Shown: positions 46,433 through 59,031 of the stretch, piece by piece
How the letters are laid out: each line of letters begins with the position of its first letter
How positions within the stretch are numbered: position 1 is the stretch's first letter
Source: Chrysemys picta bellii
Lineage: Eukaryota
Assembly (NCBI RefSeq): GCF_011386835.1
Contig: NC_088797.1
Coordinates: 34,224,001-34,288,000, forward strand
Direction: 5' to 3'
DNA length: 64,000 bases
Notes under the pieces: generated by a model
What the model was told of the DNA's origin: nothing
What the model saw: only the letters and a program-made list of their open reading frames with translations
The model's database searches: none
Position numbers and translations under genes: made by a program

Positions 46433-49400
46433 CTAGGTCTGGAAGCGCCCTGACAGCAGCCCCAGGCGGTCGATATTCTTGTGCAGCACACTATGCAGCA
46501 CGCAGAGGTACTTCCCAACGTCACAGTCACGGGAGAAGTCGCGGAAGAAGAGCCCCTTATCGGCCTGGAAGGTGAACTTCTGGGGCAGGGGGCTGTTGTC
46601 CCGCATGTAGTCCCAGACGCTCAGCAGCAGCAGATGCACCTCGAAGGGCGCCAGCTGGTGGAAGATCTCGTGCATGTTGCCAAGCACTGGCGGCAGCAGG
46701 GAGCCCTCAGCCATGCAGGCCACCAGGGCGCAGGAGGCGTGCAGGTGCCACGGTGAGCTGGTGGTGTCACCGTGACGTGAGGCCTCCCAGTGGGCCATGA
46801 GGGTGGCTAGCAGGCCACGCAACAGCACGGAGCAGTAGCACAGGGCTGGGGGGCCGGCTGCCACCAGCCGCAGCAGCTGGAAGAGCAGCGGGTTGTCACG
46901 GAAGCGCCTGCAGATCTGGATGTCGCGCTCCACCGTGCTGCGAGTGTGCTCCTCGGGCGGCCAGCCCAGCTCGCTGTTGGTGACGTCGGGGCAGATGCTC
47001 TCCACCAGCACCACAGCCACTGCCTTGGCTGCCTCGGGGTTGACAGCCACTGTGTGGGCCGGGGGTTCAGGCGCACCGTAGCGCCCGCCCCGGCAGCAGC
47101 GCAGCAGCAGGCTCAGGAAGTTCTGGACATTGTGCACAATCTCTTCAGGCTCCTGCCGCCGGGCGGGCTGGGGTGGCTTCAGCCCGCGCCCAATCACCCC
47201 GGCATGGAATACTGACCACACACTGCCAGAGAAATTGACGGCAGTTGTGAAGCGCCGGTTGATGTCCAACAGGGAGATCCTGGTGCCTTCCAGGCTGGCA
47301 TCATCCCCAGCAGACAGCTCGGCCAGGCCTCCAAAGAGCTCAGCATTCCCTGGGTGCAGGGCTCCCTCCACCAGTTGCTGCAGGATGGCCTTCATGGCAG
47401 CTGGAGAGGCCCCACTAAGACGGGAGAGCAGCCGGGTGCTGTAGCTGATGCCTGTGGGGCACTGGCGGTGCAGCACCAGGAAGAATTGGTGCACGGCTGA
47501 ACGGATGATGACAAGCAAGTGAGCCGGCCGGATGGTCCGGGGCAAGGGACAGACAGAAAGCAGCAGGGAGGCAGCCTCGGCCACTTCAGGATTGCGATGC
47601 AACAGCAGCTGCCCGAGGTCATAGAGGTGCAGAGAGAGGACAGCCCCTAGCTGGGCGCTCATGGAGGCAGGGCCCTCCCCCTCCCACTGCACAATCAGGG
47701 CCAGGTTGTGGAACAGCTGCACCATGTGCTGCTCCGACAGCCCCCCCATGTGGATCTGGCACACGCACTTCTTGACAGTGGCTGGTAGCAGGTCGCTCAT
47801 GCAGGAGCTCAGCACAGCGTAGAGCTGCGTGGCCAGGCCCAGTTCCTCCTGGCTCCGGGACAGCGTCAGCAAGTAGAAGAGGGCGTCAGTGGTGCAGCTG
47901 GGGGTGCAGTAGACTGAGAGGAGCCCCAGCAGCTGATGCTGCCACAGGAAGCGCTTGCGCTCTAGCCGCAGCGTCTCCACGCAGAGCTCCCGCACGTGGC
48001 CCTTCAGCTCATCCAGGAAGGGCACAGCCCGGGGCGGGGCGTCCCCCAGGCTGGCCGAGCCCCGGTTGTACACCAGCTTCTGCAGGTTGAGCAGCAACAG
48101 CTGGATGATGCGGTCACAGGCCTCGCGCACACTGTCATGGACGGCCAGCCCTGGTGTGGTGATGACCGAGGCTGGCATGGCCGTGTTGACCAGGAACTGC
48201 AGGATACGGTAGGCCCCTGCTGACGTCTGGCAGATGAGATGCACTACAATGCTCACCATGTTCTCCAAGTCCTCGCGGGGCAGTGCAGCGAAGTGCTGGT
48301 GCAGCTGGCTCAGCACGCTCGGCTTGAGGGAGTCCACCAGTTCGGAGGAGATAGTCCCCAGCAGCATGGGCGACATGACGGCCAGCTGCAGCAGGAAGGG
48401 CACTGTAGCTTTCTGCTGCTGGTCACGCACGGGGCCCAGGCTCTCGTGGAACATCCGCAGCAGCTCCTGCTTGATGCTGTCTGAGTGGCGCGAGGCCAGG
48501 TGGCCCAGGATGCCCACCACCGAGGCAATCTTGGGCACCCGCTTGTCAGCGGCAGTGGGGAAGAGCAGGTCGACAGGGGCTGCCCCGTGGACGCAGAAGT
48601 CCTTGAGGCCGCAGGAGAGGACGCGGCTGATGATGGTGTTGGGGAAAGAGGAGCCAATGTGAGCCACCACCCAGTCGAAGTGCGGAGAATGCTGCACTGA
48701 GGTGTCCAGCAGGGCATCCACACAGGCATCGGGGCAGGTGCTGATCATGGAGGACAGGCACTGGGTGTAGATGTCCATCAGCGTCCGAGTGGCCTTGCAC
48801 GACATCCACAGCTGCAGCAGCTCATTGAGGCTGGAGGCGTGGGGCACACCATGCCGCCCTGCGTACTTGCTGCTCAGCTGCCCCATCAGGTCTATGGACC
48901 AGGCTGAGACCACAGGTGCCCAGGCCTTGGGGTTCATGCGGACAAACTCAGACAGCACATTCTGGATCTCTTGCACAACGTCGTCCAGGTTGGGCCCCTG
49001 AGCCCGCCTGGCACCCAGCCCTCCCTCACTGCTCTCCAGCTCCAACAAGTAGGTGCAGACATACTCATCGAAGACATTGCGCAGATGGTCCAGCACGGCG
49101 CTGCGCGCAGGTGGCAGGCTGCGCAGCAGCAGGATGGCACAGCGGGCATGTTCCTTGATGGTCAGCTTGTTACCATGCACAGGGTCCACACCGCTCAGGA
49201 AGGCTTTGATCTCCTGGGCCAGCTCCTGGGAACTGGGAACAAGAGGGGGAAGCATGGATAGCATCAGGCTGCAAGCAGGGATGTATGTTCCAACCTCCCC
49301 TGAAGCCTGGATCCCAAGTCTCCTCACCATCATCCTCATCACCAGCTCTCATGCTATCGGGGGGGTGGGGGGGACTATCTAGTGGGTGCACTTGACTCAG

Positions 49401-50508
49401 AACCAGGGCATCTGGATTCAGTTCCTGGCTACAGTGGGGATGGAAAGGGTGCCATAGGGATAAGTGAGCATGAGGCACCGCAATATTGCAGAGATGGAGA
49501 ATATATACGTATCTAGATAGCAGCCTGACATCCCAGAAGGATTCTGAGCTCTGGAGCACAAGATGCGGGACCCCAAAATTCACTCCCACGTGGTTTTAGC
49601 ACCTGGAGAGATGGGGGGTCTACTGCACTGTGGGGGGCGGGGGAGGGGAAGAGGGAGAGCAGGACCAAGGATTCTGGAGTGGCCGCCAGTCATTCATCCT
49701 ATGAAGGGGTCGCCAGCCTGCAGTTCCCTTTCTCATGCATTAGGAAGTCTATTATAACTACATTATATCCTACAACCCACTGGGGCTGGGCTTTAAACCT
49801 TGCTCCCCCAACATCAAGCAGCACCTGATGACTCAGGAGAGAACAGACCTATAAAGCTATCATGGGGCTCCAGGACTTAGAGAAGAAGGGGATTTCAGGA
49901 AGGGATTGTGATCAATCCCTACTTGGTAGGGAGGTACCTAGCTGGGGCAGTTGGATAGCCTGGTCAGATGGGTTGTGGGCCTACAAAACCTGGAGAAAGG
50001 GGAATTTCCTGCTTGGGAGGTCCCTGCCAAACAGCAGAGGGGTCCTGGGGATTCTGGCTGGGGATCAAATTCCCCGGGTAGAGGTGGGGATTATGGGGCT
50101 CCAGGTGAAGGGGGCAGTGGGGATTTCCTGCTGGGCAGCTGGAGGGAAAGGGTCCCTGTTCCTGGGAAGTGGGATCTGGTCAGGAAGGGGTGTGGGGAAG
50201 GAGGAAGGTTGATAGGTTCAAGACCCCAGACGAGAGTTCCCTGTGGGGGGCTTTGCCAGGGAAGGCAGGGTCCCTGTGGGAGGGGTTGTGGCTCTGGAGG
50301 TTTCCCTATGGGGCATCCCTGTTCCTGGGGTTCCCAGTGAGAGGTCCCTGCCCGGGGGGGAGGGGCTGTGGGACTCAAGGCCTCGGGGGTTCCCAGTCGG
50401 AGGTCTGCTTGGGGGCTCCCGGTACCTGAGCGGCGGGTGGGCCCCATGGGCCGGGTTCTGGGGCGGCCCTGACGGCGCCGCCCCCGGGGGATCGCACAGC
50501 GCTGACAT
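46433..50508 (-). CDS. INTS5: Integrator complex subunit 5, 960 aa
   Basis: Exon 1 50426-50508 ([10 protein letters not shown]...) and large exon 2 46433-49232 ([12 protein letters not shown]...[20 protein letters not shown]...[10 protein letters not shown]); two-exon structure as in mammals. Confidence 0.97.
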
Positions 50509-51271
50509 CCCGGGCCGGGGGGGGGGGGGGGTCCCGGTGCCAGCACTCAGGCTCGCTCCACGCCTGCGCACGGAGGGAAGGTGTCACAGCGAAACAGCCC
50601 CTCCCACACCCGGTGCCCGATATGAAGGTTCCTGCCCCGGTACGTTGGGGAGATGATGATCAGGCCAGGGAGGGTGCAAGGTTGGTGGAAATGGGCTAGA
50701 TGGGGTGTCTCATTAGGGAATGGATTTGGGAATCTGGCTGATGGGTTGGGTGCTGAGCTGGGGGCAGGCTACGGGGAGATGCTCAGCTGGGGGGATTTGG
50801 GGGCTTGGATGGTGGGTCCTGCACTGGAGATTTGCCACCTTCTGAATTGTGGGGAGTAGGGAGGCTGTGAGGTTGGTGGTGAGTTGAGGGTCTGGTCTGG
50901 AGAGAGAGAGAGATCTCTTACCTGGGGCAGGTGGATTTGATCTGGGATGGAGACTGAGCAGAAATCTAGGCTGGGGGCATCTAAGCCTTGTTGGGTTCCC
51001 ATGCGAAAGGGTTTCACTTTTGGATGTCTTCCCCCATCCCCCAGCACAGGAGGGTTTGTTATGGTACCAAACACTAGTGCTAGGTCTGGCAGCAAGGCTA
51101 GAACTGAGGGACAGCCTGGATCCCCAAGATAGCACTACCGCCCTCCAGCCACTGCAAACCCCCCACTGCTGGGACAGCCACTGTAAGTCCCTCCCACCCC
51201 AAGTCCCCTCAGGACAGCATTGCCAAGGGACCTGCCCTCCCCATTGGGACAATAAAGCACATGCCTATCCC

Positions 51272-51390
51272 TAGAGACTGTCAAATTTGCAGATATCTGC
51301 TTTAGATCCAGAGATATCTGCATCCATGGATGTGGTTGTATTGTTTGCCATCTTTGTGGATCCAAATTTCTGTATCTGCGCAGGGCTCTA
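51272..51390. mobile_element. Short hAT-type MITE, 119 bp
   Basis: Ends TAGAGACTG / CAGGGCTCTA; flanking 8-mers CCTATCCC / CCTACCCC (7/8). Confidence 0.65.
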
Positions 51391-52441
51391 CCTACCCCCC
51401 TGCCACCCATAGAAGCCTTGTCAGTGACTAATGAAAGTAGGAGCAGGGCTGGGTTTCCGAGCTGGCTGATGTGGCCCCTTCAGGCCAGCGTCCTGGCTCA
51501 TTCATGCACCAGTAGTGATCCCCCAGTCTCTTGTCTCCAGCAACAAGATCCCTGTTGATTTAGATAATGCATAGCATGTTGCGCCCACTGGGCAATCCTG
51601 CCTGTAGGCTTAGAGGGGAACATCTTGGCACTGCCCTGACGCCGTTTGATGCTGTTAGTGGCAATAATAATACATCTGGCCCCTCTTTACCCCAGGTGTG
51701 ATACCCAGCTTCAGTCACGCACCCCTACCACCTCATACAGACTGTGCAGTCCAGCAGTAGCTGTAAGGTAGGAGCTTCCTTGACCTCTTCCCACAGTTCC
51801 TCCTGACCCCTCACCCCTTAGTGTATGATCTGAAGGGATCCCTCTGCATCTGGGCAGCATCCCCTCCTGCCAAGGAAACCATCATGCCAGCATGAAATTC
51901 AGCATGTTCCCCGAGTCTGCTTATTGCTAACCGGGGCTGGAGAAGGTTCCCTGGGTGTTCAGCCAATAAAGGGAACAGGCTCCCTGCTGCACCTGGTCAT
52001 GGCTGTACTAAGAGAACTGTGAGCTTCCCTACAGACACTCGCAGCACAGTCAGCCCCTGCCCCAGAAGGAGCCCTCCTGATGCTCCACCTGAAGGGGAAT
52101 GACCCACCACAACCACTGCCCTGAGACCCACCTAGCCCAGCTCAGTTCCTATCTCCTAAAGGCCAAGCAGAAGGAGACTATTCATTACCAAAAAAGCCCC
52201 TCCCACCCTTGCTTGTCCCTCTAGGGGTCAGGCCAGAGGGAGATGGTAAGGTTCATTTCATACACGGCCACTGTCCCCTTCCGTCCCACAAACAAAGCCC
52301 CCTTCTCGACCCTGACTTACAGCCGCCATGCTCAACACAGACTGCTGGGACGAGGGGCGCAATGGAAAAGCCCCAAAGGCAGCAGCGCAAACAAGCTGAG
52401 ATACCAAGTGCCTCTGGCCCCACGGAGGGACCAGCCATGAT

Positions 52442-52447
52442 TTTATT
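52442..52447 (-). terminator. Poly(A) signal, probable C11orf98 3' end
   Basis: AATAAA on - strand ~275 bp past the stop. Confidence 0.6.
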
Positions 52448-52721
52448 TCTTTCACAGGATACCATTGAGTCACACGTCAAAGCTCCAGTTCAGCCAGTCA
52501 CTTCCCACAGAGATGGGATTGGCATTGCTTCAGCTCTAGAAAAGCAGGTAGAGGCCAGAGATGCTGGGAGCTGACCATTCACCCAGGGTCCGGCATAGAA
52601 CAGAGCCAGGAGAATGAGAACAAGACACTCTCTGCCCCAAGGAGGCTGGAAAGTCACAGAGCTGCAGGCATCAATGCAGCAAGCAAGGGTGGGGCAAATT
52701 CCAAGTTTTGGAGTCGGTGGT

Positions 52722-54904
52722 TCAGCTGTCCAGTCGTGGCCCAGCCTCTGCTTCCTTCATCTCCACGTCTTGGGAGGCTGCAAGTTTCTTTCTCCTCCCA
52801 CTGCCGGTGATTTTTTTTGTCTGTGCCAGGTTCACAGCTTCAACTTTGCCCAAGAGAAAAGGAAAATCACTTGTGCACAGATAACAGTATTGTAATCTCT
52901 GTCACGCCTGGCCAAGATGCAAGGGGGCCCCCGTCACAGAGAAGAGAGAATCCCTGCTTCCCATTTAAACAGGGTGGGAGAAAGGAAGCATCATTATCCC
53001 CACTGGACAGACTAAGAACTGAGGCTCAAAGAGATGAAGTGAGTCCTCCAAAGTCATACAGGGAGTCTGTGGTGGAGGCAGGAATTTGATCCCATCCGTG
53101 GCCTAGTCCAGCATTATGGACACTGGACTAGCCAGGAAGCCCCAGAAGGTTCTGGGGATTGTGAGTATCATGAGATTTTAGGAGCCGGAAGACCCTGAAC
53201 TTTGCCCCCTCTTCAGAGCAGAGTCTGTCCATCCCTGCTCTTAGCTTCATTGGCCCCCTTTGGGTTACTCACCCATTTCAGGACCCTGACCACACACACC
53301 CTCCCCCAAGCCTCATGGGTCACAGCCAAGAAGGGGTTACCCTGCATGGTGGCTTTCTCCTTGGCAGCATGACGGATCTGCTTCATCAGCTTCCTCCGCT
53401 TCTTCCCTGAGAGGGTGATGTTGGCTCGTGAGCTGGAACTGTGGGGGGAGATACCCAAAGCCATATTACACCCAGAGACGGGGTAGGAGCCAGGAGAAGC
53501 AGTTGAATCAGCAGCGTCTACTACCTCCCAGCTGCAGGTGCTCTCTGGAATCCAATGGTAACAGGGAGAGCAGCATGTTAAAACCACAGACCCCACCCCC
53601 TTCCCAGAGCTGGGAACAGAACCCAAGAGCCTTGGATCCCAGGGCCCCCTGCTCTAACCACTAGACCCCACAGCCCTCCCAAAGCTGGGGATAGAGCCCA
53701 GGTGCCTGAAGAGATGGTGAGGCCTGAATGTTTCTAGGGGCCGCTGAACTTATTCTGAGCTGGTGTCAAATATCAGGGGGTAGCCATGTTAGTCTGTATC
53801 TACAAAAACAACAAGGAGTCTGGTGGCACCTTAAAGACTAACAGATTTATTTGGGCATAAGCTTTCGTGAGTAAAAACCTCACTTCTTCAGATGCATAGA
53901 GTGAAAGTTACTTTAGTCTGTTAGTCATTAAGGTGTCACCAGACTCCTTGTTGTTATTCTGAGCTGGGATAGTTAAATGCCCTTCCCTGGCCCTCGGTCT
54001 CAGAGCAGCATCTGGAAGGGCGACTCACGCACGCTTCTTCAGGTGGTGGATGGTGATCAGTCCCTCGTCCACCACAGCTCCTGTGATCTGGTGCTTCCTT
54101 CTTTTCTCTTTGCTTAAAACCCGGCGTCTTTTGAAGAGGTTTTTCTTCAGCTCCTAAGGGAGGAAAAACACAAGGCTCTTAACTCACCACCTGGCACCAG
54201 TAGCACCTCTGGAGCAGCCATGGGGCTAGGAAACCCCAGGTGGAAGGCAGGGAGGGCACAGGACACAAAGCCACAGACCCAGCAAAACAGTATAGAATCC
54301 AGATCATAAAACACTTAGCAAATGACAATGCCAGAGGAGGGAGGGTTTGATGGTCCCCAGCTTGTTGGGAGCCAGAGAGAATTTGGGGGTTGGAGAGAAA
54401 TAAAATCCTCCCGCCCACCACCCCTGTTTCCAACCCAGGGTTGGGGGAGGCAGGGAGCAAGGGCCTGGGGCTCAGCACTGCAGAAATACCATAGATCAGA
54501 GCTATGTGTGGGGGGAAAGGGTGATGGGGCTGGTGTCCCAAGGAGACAATACGTTTCAGAACTGGGGATCAGGGTGTACGATTTCCGGGTGGGGGGGGGG
54601 AGGGGTCCAAGACAAGATAATGCGAAGGGGGAACCCGCCAAAGGGGATCTGAGGAGCGACTGGGCGTGACGCAAAGGGAGAGGCAGGGCTGAGTTATGGG
54701 GGCAATAGAGGGGCCAGAGAGGACCCCCAGGAGATGGTTTGAGACCACGAGGGGGATCCCGTACAAGACCCATGAGGGACTGGATGATTATGGGGACTGG
54801 GAGGGCACCGGGTGGGGTACCCTGGGGAGAGCCCCGGGGGTAGGGCTGGGGCGGCTCTCAGTCACCGTTCGGGGCCGGTTGATTTTCCCTCCTGGGGTCC
54901 CCAT
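52722..54904 (-). CDS. C11orf98: C11orf98 ortholog, small basic protein, 127 aa
   Basis: Exons 54866-54904, 54029-54153, 53341-53438, 52722-52843 (384 nt); [26 protein letters not shown]...[17 protein letters not shown]...QDVEMKE matches the remembered human sequence. Confidence 0.93.
53764..53953. mobile_element. Penelope-like inverted-repeat remnant in C11orf98 intron 2
   Basis: ACAACAAGGAGTCTGGTGGCACCTTAAAGACTAACAGA with inverted copy; flanked by duplicated TTATTCTGAGCTGG (53750-53763, 53954-53967). Confidence 0.65.
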
Positions 54905-54909
54905 GCTGC

Positions 54910-55230
54910 ACCCACGTGAGCCTGGTCTCGCGGCCCCGACGAAAGCACTTCCAGGTTCTGGAAGGTTACGCCACGTGATGTGATCATCACACTTGTCTTC
55001 CGGTTCATTCCTCCCGCCTCCCCCATACACGTGTCCTACCTTCGTCCGGCCGCGCTAGGGATTTGAATTCGCAACGCGTTCTCTGATTGGGTAGAGCCGG
55101 ATGCAGCTCTCTGATTGGGAGGCCGGCTGGCCAGTCACAACGAAGGTGCACTAGACCACGCCCCTGCCTTGGCACGTGGAGTCCCTCCCTGGCCTGCCTT
55201 ATAAGCAGCCAGGATAAGGCGCGGCGTACA
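54910..55230. promoter_or_regulatory. Bidirectional CpG promoter between C11orf98 and the SNORA57 host
   Basis: CACGTG at 54913, 54972, 55028, 55173; TTTGAA 55062; ATTGG 55086 and 55114; TATAAG 55200. Confidence 0.75.
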
Positions 55231-56650
55231 CGCGGTACGTTTCTAGTGACAATTTTTCGGTCGATCTGGGGATCTAAGGTGAGAGCGGTGATTGGTTGAG
55301 GTCCGAACGGGGACGACCGGCGGTGGCTGGACATCGGGGAGCAGCGTTCTGGGGGTCCTAGGACGGCGCCTCCTTTTCTTGGCAGGCCCGGGCGATGCGG
55401 TGCCCGGCTCTGTAATGCTCCGGAGGCAGAGGAAGGGGATCCCATCCCCCCCGGTGTTCTGTCTTCGGTGCCAGCGGCTTCCCCATCTGCTGGTTCTATC
55501 CTCAAGCACCGGGACACGCAGCTGCGGCCCCGCGGGGAGGCTGCTTGCCAGACTAGGGGGCTCTCCTGAGGGGTGGGGGTAACCCTCCGTGGTAGGGGTC
55601 GCGGGTGGCTGGCCCTGGTGACAGATCGTGGGGAGGGGGTTTCTTACGAATCTTTTTTTTCTTTCTCAGGCTCCCACAAGGCCGGGAGGACTCAGCTCTA
55701 CTCCTGTCGCTAGAGCGCACCGATGCTGGGGCTTGGAACCAGAGACGACGTTATTGCAGCCTCCTCTCCAGAGCTGCCCTGATGCCTCTAGGAGACCTGT
55801 TGCCTAACCAGGGGCTGAGACTGATTCTGCGGGTGTGTTTGCCTGGGACTGTGAGCTCCTAGGGCAGGGACCCCTCATGCAAACAATAGCATCTAGCTTG
55901 GTTTACAACTGGCCCCATTCGGCTTGTGCTCAGACTTGAGCTCAATGGAGGGGTGGAATTAATACCCCTTTCAGGGGGCTGATAGTAGTGGGCCTAGGGG
56001 TGCTGAGCCCACATGAATTAATGGGACTGGTTCTTAAGTACCCAGGTAGTTTGAAAACGGGATATTAGGCTTCTGTGTCACGTAGCCCTTTTGAAAATGT
56101 GCCCCCAGTACCTCTGTGGAAGAGCTAATGCTCCGGGTCCAAGGTGACACCGATATGGGGCAGGTGACTGTTCAGACTTGTCTGTTTGCACAATTTAGCA
56201 AAGAGGTCCTGGGGACTTAACTTAAATTTAACCAACTTTGTTTCTATTTGGCTTACATCTGTTGGGCAGAGTAGAGTGTTAAGTGAAGTTGCTTTTAAAC
56301 AGGGGTGAGGTATTCTAGTTTGAAGCAGTGCAAGTTTTTGCGTAGGCGGGCTTGTGGGGTGAGGGCTGAGCCGGGGGTCTGCCTGGAGGGGGCAGTGCAG
56401 CCTACTGGATAGACTCCTGTAGTGGGAATCAGGTGGCCTTGGTTCTATTCTTTGCTCTGTTGCTGGGTGATCTTGGTAAGTCGTTCTCGCCTCCATTAAC
56501 GCCTCTGTAGCATGGGGCTTGAAGAGATCCTGACCTTGGCAAAGCAGGTGCCTCTGATCAGAAGTGCTGGGGAAGAGGTCGCGTGAACGCCTTGCACTAA
56601 AGCTCAATGAACATGCTCTTTGAGCTAATAAAGATTTTGAATGGAGTTCA
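55230..56650 (+). ncRNA. Putative short spliced non-coding snoRNA host transcript (3 exons)
   Basis: Donor AAG|gtgaga at 55279; acceptor tttctcag| at 55670; candidate donors ~55832/55851; acceptor with TTAAC branch at 56511; AATAAA 56627-56632; no long ORF. Confidence 0.5.
55365..55519 (+). ncRNA. SNORA57: H/ACA box snoRNA SNORA57 (U99)
   Basis: Two hairpins (GCCTCC/GGAGGC; CCGGTG/CACCGG), H box AGAGGA 55428-55433, ACA 55514-55516 three nt from the end; pockets complementary to 18S rRNA; syntenic position matches human. Confidence 0.88.
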
Positions 56651-57179
56651 AACCCTCTTGTTGGTTGATTCTGTTTGCGGGACACCATGGGGGGCGTTCG
56701 TGTTAAAGCGTTGGCTGGCCTCAGCCGTTTCTGGGAGGGGACGTGGTGGAGACCAAGCTGCCTGAGCGAGGAAAATATCCCTGTGAAACTGAACCCTGCT
56801 CTCTGGCCATGAACCAGCCACTCGCTAAGGGGCGGCAGGGGCCCCCTGGGGCTCGTTAGGCTGCGCAGCTCCTAGGGCGGGTGCTGCCCAGCCATGGAGT
56901 AGAGGGGGGGGCCAGCCAGAGGCTAATCCCCCGCTGCTGCTTACTGTGACTAAAGCCACGTAGCTTCACTGGGGGGGGGAACCTGCTCTCAGGCCCGCGG
57001 GCAGGCTCGAGTTACAGCGGGGGGGGGGGGGGGGCGGAGCTCAGGGCTGGGTCCCTGAGTGGGGATTAGTCTCCAGGCCCTGCCTCCCCGAGCAGAGGGC
57101 CGCATGAAGTGGGCGGGGCTGGGCAGCGAGGCCCCGCCGCACCCCAAGGAGCGGGAGTCCGGGGTTAGGCAGCCGCCGC

Positions 57180-58828
57180 ATGGCAGCGCTCATGCTCCTC
57201 CCGCGGGGCGGCCCGGCCCTGGGGACCCTGCTCCGGCCGCTCTGCTCCTGGGCAGGTGGGTGCCGGCTCCCCGGTGGGGTGGTCTAGGCAGGATGGGCTG
57301 GGGTGTGTCCGGTACCCGCAGTGGGTGCCGCTGCCAGGGGTCTCCGACGACACCGGGAAAGGCACAGGCATGTTCAGGGGGAGGGGGGTTCCCAGTCCCA
57401 TTGGATCAATTGTAGGGGCAGAAGGCGGGGGTCATAGTCCCATTGGTTTAGACTATCATGCTGGGGGCATGGGAGATGAGGTGGGCCCATGGGGTAAGGC
57501 TGGGAGGTATAGGGGAGATAGGTTGGGGGGAAGATGGGAGTCCTGGCCTCACACAGTTGGGGCCCAGCCCTATGAGGTTAGCCTAGGGGTGGGGGAGATG
57601 GGGATCTCAGCCCTATGGGTAAGGCAGGGAGATGGGATCAGATTGGGGGACAGGGGTGGGAAGGGTCCTTGCCCTATGGGGTTATTTGGGGGAGAGGTGA
57701 GGATCCTGGTCATATGGAGTCACGCTGGGTTATGATGGGGGAGAGGGAATCAGACTGGGGGGAGGGGTGGTCCTAGCACTATGGGGCCAGTTGGCAGGGG
57801 GATCACAGCCCCAGAAATGGAGCATTCAGTCTCACTTACCTCATCCCCAGCTCTGCAGCATATGTGGGCTCTGTGTAGGGTTGCTCCAGGATGGGGTTGC
57901 ACTATCTGCATCACCCAGCCACCCAAGGGGAGTCAGCATGGGCTGCAGGGGCTCTCCCATACCTCTAGCATAACTCCACAGGGCTGGGATCCACCCTTCC
58001 CAGCCTAGGCCTGAGCTGAGACTGGGCAATCCCGGCTCTATAGCGCTTCAGACCCCTCCCTGTGGGCCCTGCTGGGATCTCCTCCCCTCCCCCCACTGAC
58101 TCCCCAGCCCATGGACTGACCCCTCTTTCCTCCCCCCAGATGGCCTGCTCCACAACATGGCCCAGCCTGGTACATGGGACCGCTTCTACACACAGCAGGA
58201 CACAGCTGGCACCCCCAGCCATTTCAACTGGTTCTTCGACTACATGGCCATCTCTGGGCTCCTGCTCCCAACCCTGCGGGGCTGCGGCCCCCCTGAACCT
58301 AATCCCAGTCCCACTCGGGTGCTCGACGTGGGCTGTGGCACTTCGGATCTGGGCCTGGGGCTATACCGGGACTCCCCACACCCTGTCCACATCTCCTGTG
58401 TGGATGTGTCCCCTGTGGCCATCAGGTCTCTTCACCGGCTGCTCCAGGAGGTCCCCCCACCCCGACACCCCCTCTCCCAGCTTCACCTCCATGTGGCTGA
58501 TGCCACTGACCTTGAGGGGGGTGGCTTTGGGGATGGTACTTTCCACCTGGTGCTGGACAAGGGCACGTGTGATTCACTGCTGCGCTGCCCCCAGGGGCCA
58601 GGCCAGGCTGGGCGGCTGGTGGCTGAGTGCTTGCGGGTGCTGCGCCCTGGGGGCAGCTTGCTGCAGTTTTCAGACGAGGACCCAGATGCCAGGGTCCCTT
58701 TCCTGGAGCAGGCCGGGGGGCCTGGCGTCACAGTGCAGGAAGTCGGGCACATTGGTGGCATGTGCTACTATGTCTACACGCTCTGCCGGCCGGCCCTAGA
58801 GACACCAACCACTGGGGCACTGAACTAG
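57180..58828 (+). CDS. CSKMT: Citrate synthase lysine N-methyltransferase (METTL12), 254 aa
   Basis: Exons 57180-57255 (MAALMLLPRG..., transit-peptide-like) and 58140-58828; FNWFFDY, SAM motif I VLDVGCGTS, LVLDKGT, QFSDEDPDAR. Confidence 0.93.
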
Positions 58829-59025
58829 GAGGGCACAGGAGACCCTGGACTATGGGGCTATGGATATGGGGGTGGGGAATTGAGGACCCTGCCCAAAGGG
58901 AGTTCAGGACTCAGGGTTGGGGGCATTAGGGACTATGGGGATGGTGCCTCCAGTTAGTGTGCCAGGGGACTTCCACAGCAGCATGTGCTCAGGGTGGGGG
59001 TGCCCAAGCCAACTGGAGAATCATT

Positions 59026-59031
59026 AATAAA
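59026..59031 (+). terminator. Poly(A) signal, probable CSKMT 3' end
   Basis: AATAAA ~200 bp past the stop. Confidence 0.6.

Noticed and set aside
46433-49342. INTS5 as a single-exon 969-aa ORF starting MMRMMV
   Set aside because: First ~37 codons are intronic; acceptor at 49232 and the true MSALCDPP exon at 50426-50508.
46757-49382. Multiple + strand ORFs antisense to INTS5 (and similar ones over GANAB exons)
   Set aside because: Expected shadow ORFs of GC3-rich coding sequence.
56700-56850. Second H/ACA-like hairpin with AAAATA
   Set aside because: No convincing second hairpin or terminal ACA box.
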